64,000 bases of DNA from Escherichia phage JM17. The notes under the pieces are model-generated. The model made no database searches. It was not told the DNA's origin and was given only the letters and a program-made list of their open reading frames with translations. The translations under genes were made by a program, and so were the position numbers. Below, piece after piece: positions 1 to 8,425 of this stretch (positions are counted from its first letter, which is position 1; each line of letters begins with the position of its first letter). The DNA lies in the sequence record PP400779; one strand, written 5' to 3'.

Positions 1-452
1 TTCAACAGGAGTTAAGTTCAATCGTTCGTAGAAATTGGACGTCTTCTGTTCCTGAGACAATGTATCGTGGAATCTCTAAGAAAACTATGGCCACACTTGA
101 TGATAAAGGCATTGGTAGTATTATTAAATTTGACAGAGTAATGAGCTTCAGCCCAGTGTTCGGTGTAGCACGTAACTTTGCTTCGTATAATTTTTACGGA
201 ACATTTAATATGTTCTGCATCAAAGATGCACCATTTGCTTTCAACTTCCGTGAACATATGCTTAACATGATTCTGGCTGCGCCATCTTGTGAGTTCAATG
301 GAGCTTTCCCTGAAGCGACAAGACGGTCTAATGCCAGACTTATATCCGACGAATGTGAATTTATGCTCCCTATAGGGACTACACTGCGTGTAGATTCTAT
401 TATTCAAGATGGACGGTATACAATCTGGAATCTGTCTATTCTCGGTTACTGA
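1..452 (+). CDS. ModA/ModB-like ADP-ribosyltransferase, 5' partial (reading frame is open to the window start)
   Basis: Frame stays open upstream of the ATG at 60 back to position 3; Arg, S-x-S and E-x-E (ECE) motifs typical of R-S-E ADP-ribosyltransferases; sits where T4 has modA, beyond srd and dda. Confidence 0.5.
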   Translation, partial: QQELSSIVRRNWTSSVPETMYRGISKKTMATLDDKGIGSIIKFDRVMSFSPVFGVARNFASYNFYGTFNMFCIKDAPFAFNFREHMLNMILAAPSCEFNGAFPEATRRSNARLISDECEFMLPIGTTLRVDSIIQDGRYTIWNLSILGY

Positions 453-526
453 CTGAATTGGAATAACCGGATGGAACTCAGAACCATTATAACACATAAA
501 AAATTAAAGCATTTTACGAAAAAAGA

Positions 527-555
527 GTGTACACTACCTGAGGGCATGTTATTAT
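527..555 (+). promoter_or_regulatory. T4-type early promoter candidate (GTGTAC -35, TATTAT -10)
   Basis: -35/-10 pair with 17-bp spacer about 50 bp upstream of the 606 ORF. Confidence 0.35.
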
Positions 556-605
556 AAGCTTATCAGCTAAATGACCTTAACGTCCGTAAGACAGAGGAAA
601 ATATT

Positions 606-1343
606 ATGTTATCAAATAACAAAATCAATCGTCGTCTTGACCACACCAGAGCTTCTGCGAAGAGACGCTCTAAGGATTTTAACTTAGACTTTAATTACCT
701 TAAAAACATTCTTGATCAAAAGGTCTGCGCTTACTCAGGTGAATCTTTTAATAACTCTGTTGAAGGTGAGAAATTATCCTTAGAACGTTTTAATAATGAT
801 ATAGGCTACATTAAAGGTAATGTTATCCCAGTTAAGAAAAAATATAACACGGCTCGTTCTGATTTAACATTAGAAGAACTTATTGAGAAACGTGATGCCA
901 TTGCAAGACGTATCGCTAATCCTTCTGCCCGTAAAGTAGAGAAACTTAATCTCGACGAGAAGAAATGGGCCCAAATTAAAAAGGTTTATGGTACTATTTT
1001 AAAAATCCGAGCAAAACGTGAAAATCGTGTTAAGCATATGGCGAACATGATGAAAAATCAACCTTTATCTAACGAATCTAAACTTAGAATTGTTGCTTTG
1101 AAAGCACGCATTAATGGCTCACATCAAGCAGAAGGCCATGAACTTACTAAACTCAACGTTCTTCTTAAAGGCTCTGACTGGAAAACTAAAACTAAATTAA
1201 CTGACGCTGAATCGCTTTTCGATACATATGATAAAGTTATCCAAGGTCTGCAACGTTTTGAAAAGATTAGTTTCATTGGTAAATTAAAATTGAAACGTGG
1301 CTTACCACTTAGCGCATCATTATTCCAACTGATTAAAGGTTAA
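606..1343 (+). CDS. Srd-like protein (245 aa), assigned by position
   Basis: ORF between the modA-like gene and dda.1/dda as in T4; size close to T4 Srd. Confidence 0.4.
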   Translation: MLSNNKINRRLDHTRASAKRRSKDFNLDFNYLKNILDQKVCAYSGESFNNSVEGEKLSLERFNNDIGYIKGNVIPVKKKYNTARSDLTLEELIEKRDAIARRIANPSARKVEKLNLDEKKWAQIKKVYGTILKIRAKRENRVKHMANMMKNQPLSNESKLRIVALKARINGSHQAEGHELTKLNVLLKGSDWKTKTKLTDAESLFDTYDKVIQGLQRFEKISFIGKLKLKRGLPLSASLFQLIKG

Positions 1344-1345
1344 TT

Positions 1346-1657
1346 ATGGTTTATGTATATGCAATAGTTTATCGAGATATGGAAGGATTTACTGTCCCGG
1401 TTCCACTTGATGAGCATCGTCCTGCAGTATTTTTTAGAAAGGATATTGCAGATAAAGTTTTCGATACTTTGAAAACACAGTATAAAACAGATTTAAAAAT
1501 GGGAGTTCTAAGAATGGTCGAAACTCCGCGTAAGTTCTGGTTTAATAAGCTTGAAATGAAACACGTTAAACTAGATGCGGAGACGCAAAGATTGTATCAA
1601 CGAATCCTGGACACAGGCCGTATTGTTAGTATTCCAATTGCAGGGACTTTACGATGA
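1346..1657 (+). CDS. hypothetical protein (dda.1 position)
   Basis: 103-aa ORF whose stop overlaps the dda start. Confidence 0.5.
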   Translation: MVYVYAIVYRDMEGFTVPVPLDEHRPAVFFRKDIADKVFDTLKTQYKTDLKMGVLRMVETPRKFWFNKLEMKHVKLDAETQRLYQRILDTGRIVSIPIAGTLR

Positions 1658-2967
1658 CATTTGATGATTTGACTGAAGGCCAGAAAAACGCCTTCAACGT
1701 TGTTATGAACGCTATTAAAGAAAAGAAACATCACGTAACTATTAATGGGCCTGCTGGTACAGGTAAAACAACCCTTACTAGATTCATCGTTGAAGCCCTT
1801 ATTTCTTCCGGAGAATCAGGTATTATTTTAGCAGCCCCTACACATGCTGCTAAAAAGGTTCTAAGCAAACTTGCTGGTCAAGAAGCATCGACTATTCATA
1901 GCATTCTTAAAATCAACCCAACTACATACGAAGAAAATGTATTGTTTGAACAGAAAAAGGTTCCCGACTTAGCCTTGTGTCGTGTACTGTTATTTGATGA
2001 AGCGTCAATGTGCGACCGTTCTCTGTTTAAAATAATGTTAGCTAGTATCCCTAAATGGTGCACAGTAATTGGAATCGGCGACCGATGCCAGATTCGTCCG
2101 GTAGACCCAGGCGAATCAACTGCGTATCTAAGTCCTTTCTTCACTCACAAAGACTTCGTGCAATGCAACCTTACAGAAGTTAAACGTAGCAATGCACCAA
2201 TTATTGATGTTGCGACTGACATTCGTAATGGCAAATGGATTTACGATAAAGTAGTTGACGGGCATGGTGTTCATGGATATACAGACCTTAAATCGTATAT
2301 GACGAACTATTTTAACGTCGTTAAAACTCCTGAAGACCTTTTTGAAAATCGAATGATGGCATTCACAAATAAGTCGGTGGACAAGTTAAATTCAATTATT
2401 CGCCGAAAACTTCTTGAAACAGAAAAACCATTTATTAAAGACGAAGTCATTGTTCTACAAGAGCCATTTACTAAGACATATAAGCTAGATGGTAAAAATA
2501 TGACCGAAATGCTTTTCAATAACGGGCAATTCGTTCGTATTCGAGATGCTGTAGAAACGTCTACATTCGTTAAAGCACGTGGTGTTTCAGGCGAATATAT
2601 GATACGATACTGGAATCTTACAGTAGAAACATATGGGGATGATGAAGAATACATCCGCGAAGATATAAAGGTTATTTCTTCTGAAGAAGAGCTTTATAAA
2701 TTCAATTTGTTTTTGGCTAAGACCGCAGAAACATACAAATTTTGGAATAAAGGTGGTAAAGCTCCGTGGAGCGAATTCTGGGATGCTAAACGTATGTTCA
2801 CTAAGGTGAAGGCACTACCGGTATCAACCTTCCATAAGGCCCAGGGTATGTCTGTTGACACGGCCTTTGTTTATACACCGTGTATCCATTATGCTGATTC
2901 AGAATTAGCTAAACAGTTATTGTATGTCGGCACGACTCGTGGTCGGTTTGACGTCCATTTTATTTGA
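1654..2967 (+). CDS. dda: Dda DNA helicase (SF1B)
   Basis: 437 aa; N-terminus MTFDDLTEGQKNAF and Walker A GPAGTGKTT match T4 Dda almost residue for residue. Confidence 0.95.
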   Translation: MTFDDLTEGQKNAFNVVMNAIKEKKHHVTINGPAGTGKTTLTRFIVEALISSGESGIILAAPTHAAKKVLSKLAGQEASTIHSILKINPTTYEENVLFEQKKVPDLALCRVLLFDEASMCDRSLFKIMLASIPKWCTVIGIGDRCQIRPVDPGESTAYLSPFFTHKDFVQCNLTEVKRSNAPIIDVATDIRNGKWIYDKVVDGHGVHGYTDLKSYMTNYFNVVKTPEDLFENRMMAFTNKSVDKLNSIIRRKLLETEKPFIKDEVIVLQEPFTKTYKLDGKNMTEMLFNNGQFVRIRDAVETSTFVKARGVSGEYMIRYWNLTVETYGDDEEYIREDIKVISSEEELYKFNLFLAKTAETYKFWNKGGKAPWSEFWDAKRMFTKVKALPVSTFHKAQGMSVDTAFVYTPCIHYADSELAKQLLYVGTTRGRFDVHFI

Positions 2968-2976
2968 GAGAAAATT

Positions 2977-3654
2977 ATGAGCACTGATGTTATTATAGAT
3001 TTTGAAACATTCGGCAATACATCAAAAGCGGCTGTTATTGACCTTGCGGTTATTGCATATAATTCCGACCCTGAAGTTGTTGAATCATTTGAAGAACTTG
3101 TTCAACGAGGTAAGCGAATTAAATTTAATTTAGCTTCTCAGAAAGGGAAGCGAGTTTTCGCTAAATCCACTATGAAATGGTGGAAAGAACAATCGGCTGA
3201 AGCGCGTAAAAACCTGGCTCCGTCTGAAGACGATGTCACTACGCTTGAAGGCATTAAAATCTTTTTAGATTATTGTCGAGCTAATAAAGTTGACCAATGG
3301 AAATCACAGATGTGGTGCCGTGGTATGAGCTTTGACTTCCCGATCTTGGTCGATTTGATTCGTGACCTCTATCGTGATGAAGGTGTTCTTGAACCAGATA
3401 TTGATACTGATAAATTAGAACCTGTTAAATTCTGGGCTCAACGTGATATTCGTACGGCAATCGAAGCTTACTCGTTGACACGAGGATTAAGTATGTGTCC
3501 ATTACCGATGGGTACGCTAAAAGGATTCGTTGCCCATGATAGTATTCATGATTGTGCTAAAGATATTTTGATGTTAAAATATGCTCAGCGTTATGCGCTT
3601 GGCCTTGAAGATGTCCCTGAGAATCCTGACCCGTTAAGTGTAAAACAGCGATAA
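2977..3654 (+). CDS. dexA: exonuclease A (DexA)
   Basis: 225 aa; N-terminus MSTDVIIDFETFGN and synteny next to dda. Confidence 0.88.
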   Translation: MSTDVIIDFETFGNTSKAAVIDLAVIAYNSDPEVVESFEELVQRGKRIKFNLASQKGKRVFAKSTMKWWKEQSAEARKNLAPSEDDVTTLEGIKIFLDYCRANKVDQWKSQMWCRGMSFDFPILVDLIRDLYRDEGVLEPDIDTDKLEPVKFWAQRDIRTAIEAYSLTRGLSMCPLPMGTLKGFVAHDSIHDCAKDILMLKYAQRYALGLEDVPENPDPLSVKQR

Positions 3655-3659
3655 AACCA

Positions 3660-3689
3660 GTTTACAACCAAGGATGGTTGGAGTATAAT
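3660..3689 (+). promoter_or_regulatory. T4-type early promoter (GTTTAC -35, TATAAT -10)
   Basis: gtttac at 3660-3665 and tataat at 3684-3689; the ATG at 3678 lies inside the promoter, so the downstream gene probably starts at 3720. Confidence 0.5.
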
Positions 3690-3719
3690 GAATCTATCTT
3701 AAACAAAGAGAGAAAAAAT

Positions 3720-4184
3720 ATGATTAATATTGGTGAAATTAAACGTGTATCGACAGCGTCTCGTTCTAAAGCTGCAGGAAAGCTGGTTGAAGTAGTAGGA
3801 CTTCGTACTAATGGCATGGGCCGTATTAAAGAAGTTAAAGTTCGAATCATTCCTAGTTCTGGAAAAACTGAAACTCAGTTCGCCTATGTAAGTCCTAAAT
3901 TCTTGGAAACTCGTGTACGTGTCCAATTTGCTTCAAGCGATATCGTTGAGCCTACTACACAGTTCAAATGGGCCCTTTGCAAAGGCGTTGAATTTATAAC
4001 CGATAAAGAATTTGATTACATCGACGAATACGGTTATCCAAGCAAAACTGATACTATGTGCGGCTTCATCAGCGACCAATGGGTTGAAGATGGTAAAAAG
4101 CTATACAATATTGTATTCTTAGGTGACTTCCGAGTTGTTGAAGAATCTGAAATCACTCGCTATGTGTCTCCTCGTAAAGCTTAA
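3720..4184 (+). CDS. hypothetical protein, tandem paralog A (dexA.1/dexA.2 position)
   Basis: ORF after the promoter; shares ASRSK.AGKLVEV, FKW.LC and GFISD.WVEDG.KLYNIVF blocks with the next ORF. Confidence 0.6.
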   Translation: MINIGEIKRVSTASRSKAAGKLVEVVGLRTNGMGRIKEVKVRIIPSSGKTETQFAYVSPKFLETRVRVQFASSDIVEPTTQFKWALCKGVEFITDKEFDYIDEYGYPSKTDTMCGFISDQWVEDGKKLYNIVFLGDFRVVEESEITRYVSPRKA

Positions 4185-4193
4185 GGAATTATT

Positions 4194-4613
4194 ATGAATA
4201 TTGCAAATCTCTCTATTGGTGATTATGTACACGTATCGGATGCTTCTCGCTCTAAAGTTGCTGGGAAGTTGGTTGAAGTTCTTTCTGTGAGTGATCCGGT
4301 TTTTGGACGTAACGAAGTTAAAGTTCGTGACTCCGATGGTAACATTGGTTACGTTAAAAGCCAATTCATTGAACCAGAAGAAAAAGCGTTCAAATGGGGA
4401 CTATGCAGATCAGTTTCTGTTGAAAAAGACCATGAATTCACTATTGCTGCGGCAACTGATGGAACACCGTGGAAAACTAAGCAAATCGCCGGATTTATTA
4501 GCGACCGTTGGGTAGAAGATGGTGTTAAGCTTTATAACATCGTTTTCGCTGGTCAGTTCATGGTAGTTCCTGAATTCCAAATTAAAAAATATAGCCCAGC
4601 TGCTTTCGCATAA
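4194..4613 (+). CDS. hypothetical protein, tandem paralog B
   Basis: 139-aa ORF, clear paralog of the 3720-4184 product. Confidence 0.6.
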   Translation: MNIANLSIGDYVHVSDASRSKVAGKLVEVLSVSDPVFGRNEVKVRDSDGNIGYVKSQFIEPEEKAFKWGLCRSVSVEKDHEFTIAAATDGTPWKTKQIAGFISDRWVEDGVKLYNIVFAGQFMVVPEFQIKKYSPAAFA

Positions 4614-4617
4614 AATT

Positions 4618-4646
4618 GTTTACTTCTCCTCTGGTTTTGATATTAT
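4618..4646 (+). promoter_or_regulatory. T4-type early promoter (GTTTAC -35, TATTAT -10)
   Basis: gtttac at 4618-4623, tattat at 4641-4646; flanked by an 11-bp perfect inverted repeat (4626-4636 / 4656-4666) whose downstream arm covers the GAGGAG ribosome-binding site. Confidence 0.5.
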
Positions 4647-4672
4647 AACCATATCAACCAGAGGAGAATAAT

Positions 4673-5197
4673 ATGTTAGTTTACCGCGTAGAACGTAGTT
4701 TTTGTACTCAACGTGAATCATTACCAGGAATTGCTATCGAAGACGGTAAAGCCGTCAGAATTTGGGAAACCTCTTGGAATAAAGAACCTCGCTCGCCATA
4801 CGGTTGGTCGGGCACCGACAACTCTGAAGAAACATGGGAGTTCCTTGATAAGCATGGAATACTCTCAGGTAACTTCTACCATCACGGCGACAACTATAAT
4901 GTCCCTAATCGTCCTACAGTAAATGAAGACAAACTCCTTGAACAAAATATCTTAAGATACTATAGAATTGAGCACGCATTTGAATTGAGTGAAGATTGGG
5001 CTCAAGGGTTCTATTTTGGATTTGAAAGTGTTGACGCGGTTTATGCATGGTTTGATGACCAGGTGGATGTTGAACTCTTGAAAGCTAAAGGATACTACAT
5101 CGCGGTCTATGAAGCACCTGATTTCATCCTCGGAAGTTGTCAATTAATGTTTAGACGTTCATTGGCAGAACAAGTTGATTTTATTTTGCTAAAATGA
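4673..5197 (+). CDS. hypothetical protein (motB position by synteny)
   Basis: 174-aa ORF with ribosome-binding site; position matches T4 motB but the sequence could not be verified from memory. Confidence 0.45.
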   Translation: MLVYRVERSFCTQRESLPGIAIEDGKAVRIWETSWNKEPRSPYGWSGTDNSEETWEFLDKHGILSGNFYHHGDNYNVPNRPTVNEDKLLEQNILRYYRIEHAFELSEDWAQGFYFGFESVDAVYAWFDDQVDVELLKAKGYYIAVYEAPDFILGSCQLMFRRSLAEQVDFILLK

Positions 5198-5226
5198 TGT
5201 ACAACAACTATGGTCTATGATACTAT
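5198..5226 (+). promoter_or_regulatory. early promoter candidate (TGTACA -35, TACTAT -10)
   Basis: 17-bp spacer; places the transcription start downstream of the ATG at 5210, favouring the 5255 start. Confidence 0.35.
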
Positions 5227-5254
5227 AGATCTATCAAAACAAGAGGAGAATATT

Positions 5255-5482
5255 ATGAAACGTCAAATCATTAAAAACGTAACTACTGATTCAAACATCG
5301 ATGAGTTTGAAGATGTTCTGTTTAATCCTGATTTAGTTGTTGTACAGAAAAACTGGACCGAATTTTTATGCTACACCGAAGTGGTTTACGTTTACGAAAA
5401 ACTCGGCGATGAAATGCCTATCTATGGTATCTTCCGTGAAATCACTGAAAATGGTACAACTTATTGGAAGGAAACTTACTAA
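5255..5482 (+). CDS. hypothetical protein (75 aa)
   Basis: ATG at 5255 preceded by GGAGAA; in-frame part of the 5210-5482 track ORF. Confidence 0.45.
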   Translation: MKRQIIKNVTTDSNIDEFEDVLFNPDLVVVQKNWTEFLCYTEVVYVYEKLGDEMPIYGIFREITENGTTYWKETY

Positions 5483-5892
5483 TGGCTAATAAATTCCGCG
5501 TTAACTCATGGTACCAATTTATAGATAAACGTGCCCAAGAAGAGTTTATTAAAGACCACACTGATAATGGGATTTATGCACGACGTCTTGGCATGGAACC
5601 ATTTAAAGTATTAGATGTTGACCATCTTGGACGTCCTACTAAAATTGTGACATCTGCTGGCACGGTTGGATATGCATCAGGCGGTGATATCCTTGATGAA
5701 AACTTTATCTGGCTTTCCACGAATGAAGCAGAGTTCTTTGACGAAGTTGAAAATCCGTATCAAGCGTCCGAAGAGCAAGATTCTGGTGAACTTGATGAAT
5801 TGTCTGAATTTCCGGCGATGACGATTACTATCGAAAATAACGACCAGGCATGGTCTTTGTATCAAATGTTGAAAGCACATTTTAAGGAATAA
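5482..5892 (+). CDS. hypothetical protein (136 aa; goF position by synteny)
   Basis: ATG overlaps the upstream stop (TAATG coupling); acidic C-terminal region. Confidence 0.5.
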   Translation: MANKFRVNSWYQFIDKRAQEEFIKDHTDNGIYARRLGMEPFKVLDVDHLGRPTKIVTSAGTVGYASGGDILDENFIWLSTNEAEFFDEVENPYQASEEQDSGELDELSEFPAMTITIENNDQAWSLYQMLKAHFKE

Positions 5893-5894
5893 TA

Positions 5895-6074
5895 ATGCCG
5901 TTATACGACTATAAATGCCAATCTGAAGATTGTGGACATGAATATGAAAAAATTAAAAGGATTTCTGAACGAGAAAACGATGTTTGCCCTGAATGTCATC
6001 GTCTGTCTACTCGTCGGGTTTCTGCTCCTAAACATGTGAACGGTGGTTTTTACGACTTACTTAAGAAGGGTTAA
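5895..6074 (+). CDS. small zinc-ribbon protein, FmdB-like (59 aa)
   Basis: Not in the ORF track (below 60 aa); translation MPLYDYKCQSEDCGHEYEKI...VCPECH has two Cys pairs in an FmdB-like arrangement; tightly packed between neighbours. Confidence 0.5.
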   Translation: MPLYDYKCQSEDCGHEYEKIKRISERENDVCPECHRLSTRRVSAPKHVNGGFYDLLKKG

Positions 6075-6076
6075 TT

Positions 6077-6502
6077 ATGGCTTTTAAAGGTTTTGAAGTT
6101 GGTAAGAAATATCGTATTATCAAAGGACAGGAAGATAATTTCTTGAGAATTCTTAATACGACTGGTAAACGTCTTAATACTAATCTGCATACTACTTTAT
6201 TGTCCAAAGATTTTATTGTGGAAGAGATGATTGGTTACGGTGTTTCGGTTATTGCTGTAGAAGCCGTAGGCGATTATGGCCGAACTATTCATAGTATGCA
6301 AGGTGATATTCTGCTTTATGGTGCAGAATTTAAATTCTTTGAAGAAGTTCCGGAACCAGATACAGCTGTCGATTTCAAAAAAGGCTCTATAGAATTTGTT
6401 GATGGTTCGGTGATCGTATCAGGCGATGTGGTCATTACAGTTAAAAGTGAACAAGGGCGTTTGGCTGCAATCGATACACTTCAGAAAATTAAATTTAAAT
6501 AA
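6077..6502 (+). CDS. hypothetical protein (141 aa)
   Basis: ORF followed directly by a terminator hairpin. Confidence 0.55.
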   Translation: MAFKGFEVGKKYRIIKGQEDNFLRILNTTGKRLNTNLHTTLLSKDFIVEEMIGYGVSVIAVEAVGDYGRTIHSMQGDILLYGAEFKFFEEVPEPDTAVDFKKGSIEFVDGSVIVSGDVVITVKSEQGRLAAIDTLQKIKFK

Positions 6503-6519
6503 GGGCTTCGGCCCTTTTT
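6503..6519 (+). terminator. intrinsic terminator (GGGC-UUCG-GCCC hairpin plus T5)
   Basis: gggcttcggccc followed by ttttt. Confidence 0.55.
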
Positions 6520-6543
6520 GCTTTAGATTTCGGATGATAGAAT
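6517..6543 (+). promoter_or_regulatory. candidate MotA-dependent middle promoter for gene 39
   Basis: MotA-box-like tttgcttta, 12-bp gap, then tagaat, about 25 bp upstream of the gene 39 start. Confidence 0.4.
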
Positions 6544-6565
6544 ACCTTCATAACGAGGAGACAAC

Positions 6566-8383
6566 ATGATTAAAAATGAAATTAAGGTATTGACAGATGT
6601 AGAACATATTAAGAAACGTAGTGGTATGTATATTGGTTCTTCGGCTAAAGAAGCACATGAGCGTTTTTTGTTTGGTAAATATCAACAAGTTGAATATGTT
6701 CCTGGTCTGGTTAAATTAATCGATGAGATTATTGACAACTCGGTTGATGAAGCTATTCGTACATCATTTAAGTTTGCAAATAAAATTGATGTGCAAATTA
6801 AAAATAATCAAGTTTCGGTGGAAGATAACGGACGCGGTATTCCTCAAGGTTTAGTTACTGACCAAACAGGTGAACAAATTCCTGGTCCTGTAGCGGCCTG
6901 GACTATTCCAAAGGCTGGTGGTAACTTTGGTGATGATTCTGAACGCAAGACTGGTGGTATGAACGGCGTCGGGAGTAGTTTAACTAATATCTTCTCTACG
7001 TTGTTTACAGGCATCACGTCAGATGGCGAAAACGAAATCACTGTTAACTGTTCAAACGGAATGGAAAACAAATCATGGTCTTCTAAGAAATCTAAAGGTA
7101 AAGGCACTAAAGTAATCTTCACTCCTGATTTCTCTTCATTTGAAGAGCATAATTTATCTCAAATTTATTTAGATATTACTTTAGACCGACTTCAAACATT
7201 GGCAGTCGTTTATCCTGATATCAAGTTCACATTTAATGGTAAAAAGGTTGATGGTAATTTTAAACGATTTGCTAAACAATTTGGTGAAGATAACATCATT
7301 CAAGAAAATGATAAAGTCTCTATAGCATTCACAACATCACCAGATGGCTTCCGTCATTTAACTTATGTGAATAACATCCATACTAAAAATGGTGGTCATC
7401 ATGTTGAATGCGTAATGGATGATATCTGCGAACATCTTTTGCCGGGTATTAAAAAGAAATATAAGGGTATTGAAGTCACTAAAGCTCGTGTTAAAGAATG
7501 CCTCACAATGTTGATGTTTATTAGAGACATGAGCAACATGCGTTTTGATTCTCAGACTAAAGAACGTTTAACGTCAACGTATGGTGATATTCGTAATCAT
7601 ATCCAATTAGATGCTAAGAAAATTGCTCAGGCACTTCTTAAAAACGAAGCCTTGATTATGCCTATTGTTGAAGCAGCATTAGCTCGTAAATTGGCAGCAG
7701 AAAAGGCTGCAGAAACTAAAGCAGCTAAAAAGGCAACTAAAGCTAAGGTTCATAAGCATATTAAAGCTAACCAATGTGGTAAAGATGCAGATACGACATT
7801 GTTTTTAACAGAAGGTGATTCGGCAATTGGTTATCTCATTGATGTTCGTGACCGTGAACTACACGGCGGATTCCCATTACGTGGTAAGGTGATGAATAGC
7901 TGGGGTATGTCATATGCTGATATGATGAAGAACAAAGAGCTCTTTGATATCTGTGCTATCACAGGTCTTATTCTTGGTGAAAAGGCAGAGAATACGAACT
8001 ATCGTAATATTGCAATTATGACCGATGCCGATCACGACGGTCTTGGAAGTATTTATCCTGCTTTGCTTGCTTTCTTTAGTAATTGGCCCGAATTGTTTGA
8101 ACAAGGACGTATTCGCTTTGTTAAAACACCTGTAATTATTGCACAAATTGGCAAAACTCAAAAATGGTTTTATACTGTAGCTGAGTATGAAGAAGTTAAA
8201 GATACACTGCCTAAGCATAGTATTCGATACATCAAGGGATTGGGCTCACTTCAGCGGGATGAATATAAAGAAATGATTCAAAACCCTGTGTACGACGTAG
8301 TTAAACTTCCTGAAAATTGGAAAGAACTCTTTGAAATGTTGTTGGGTGATGATTCAGAACTTCGTAAAGAATGGATGTCCTAA
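6566..8383 (+). CDS. 39: DNA topoisomerase II large subunit, unsplit gene 39 form (605 aa)
   Basis: N-terminus MIKNEIKVLTDVEHIKKRSGMYIGS and DNGRGIP ATPase motif match T4 gp39; the single ORF runs through the region that T4 encodes separately as gene 60. Confidence 0.92.
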   Translation: MIKNEIKVLTDVEHIKKRSGMYIGSSAKEAHERFLFGKYQQVEYVPGLVKLIDEIIDNSVDEAIRTSFKFANKIDVQIKNNQVSVEDNGRGIPQGLVTDQTGEQIPGPVAAWTIPKAGGNFGDDSERKTGGMNGVGSSLTNIFSTLFTGITSDGENEITVNCSNGMENKSWSSKKSKGKGTKVIFTPDFSSFEEHNLSQIYLDITLDRLQTLAVVYPDIKFTFNGKKVDGNFKRFAKQFGEDNIIQENDKVSIAFTTSPDGFRHLTYVNNIHTKNGGHHVECVMDDICEHLLPGIKKKYKGIEVTKARVKECLTMLMFIRDMSNMRFDSQTKERLTSTYGDIRNHIQLDAKKIAQALLKNEALIMPIVEAALARKLAAEKAAETKAAKKATKAKVHKHIKANQCGKDADTTLFLTEGDSAIGYLIDVRDRELHGGFPLRGKVMNSWGMSYADMMKNKELFDICAITGLILGEKAENTNYRNIAIMTDADHDGLGSIYPALLAFFSNWPELFEQGRIRFVKTPVIIAQIGKTQKWFYTVAEYEEVKDTLPKHSIRYIKGLGSLQRDEYKEMIQNPVYDVVKLPENWKELFEMLLGDDSELRKEWMS

Positions 8384-8406
8384 GCTCCTTCGGGAGCTTC
8401 ATTTTA
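8383..8406 (+). terminator. intrinsic terminator (UUCG hairpin plus T-run)
   Basis: gctccttcgggagc followed by ttcatttt just after the gene 39 stop. Confidence 0.5.
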
Positions 8407-8425
8407 ATTTTAATAAGGCTTAATT

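Noticed and set aside
18-497. Minus-strand 159-aa ORF at the window start
   Set aside because: It overlaps a plus-strand frame that is open to the window edge and carries ADP-ribosyltransferase motifs; the minus-strand translation is Cys/Trp-rich with no recognisable features, and early genes in this region run on the plus strand.
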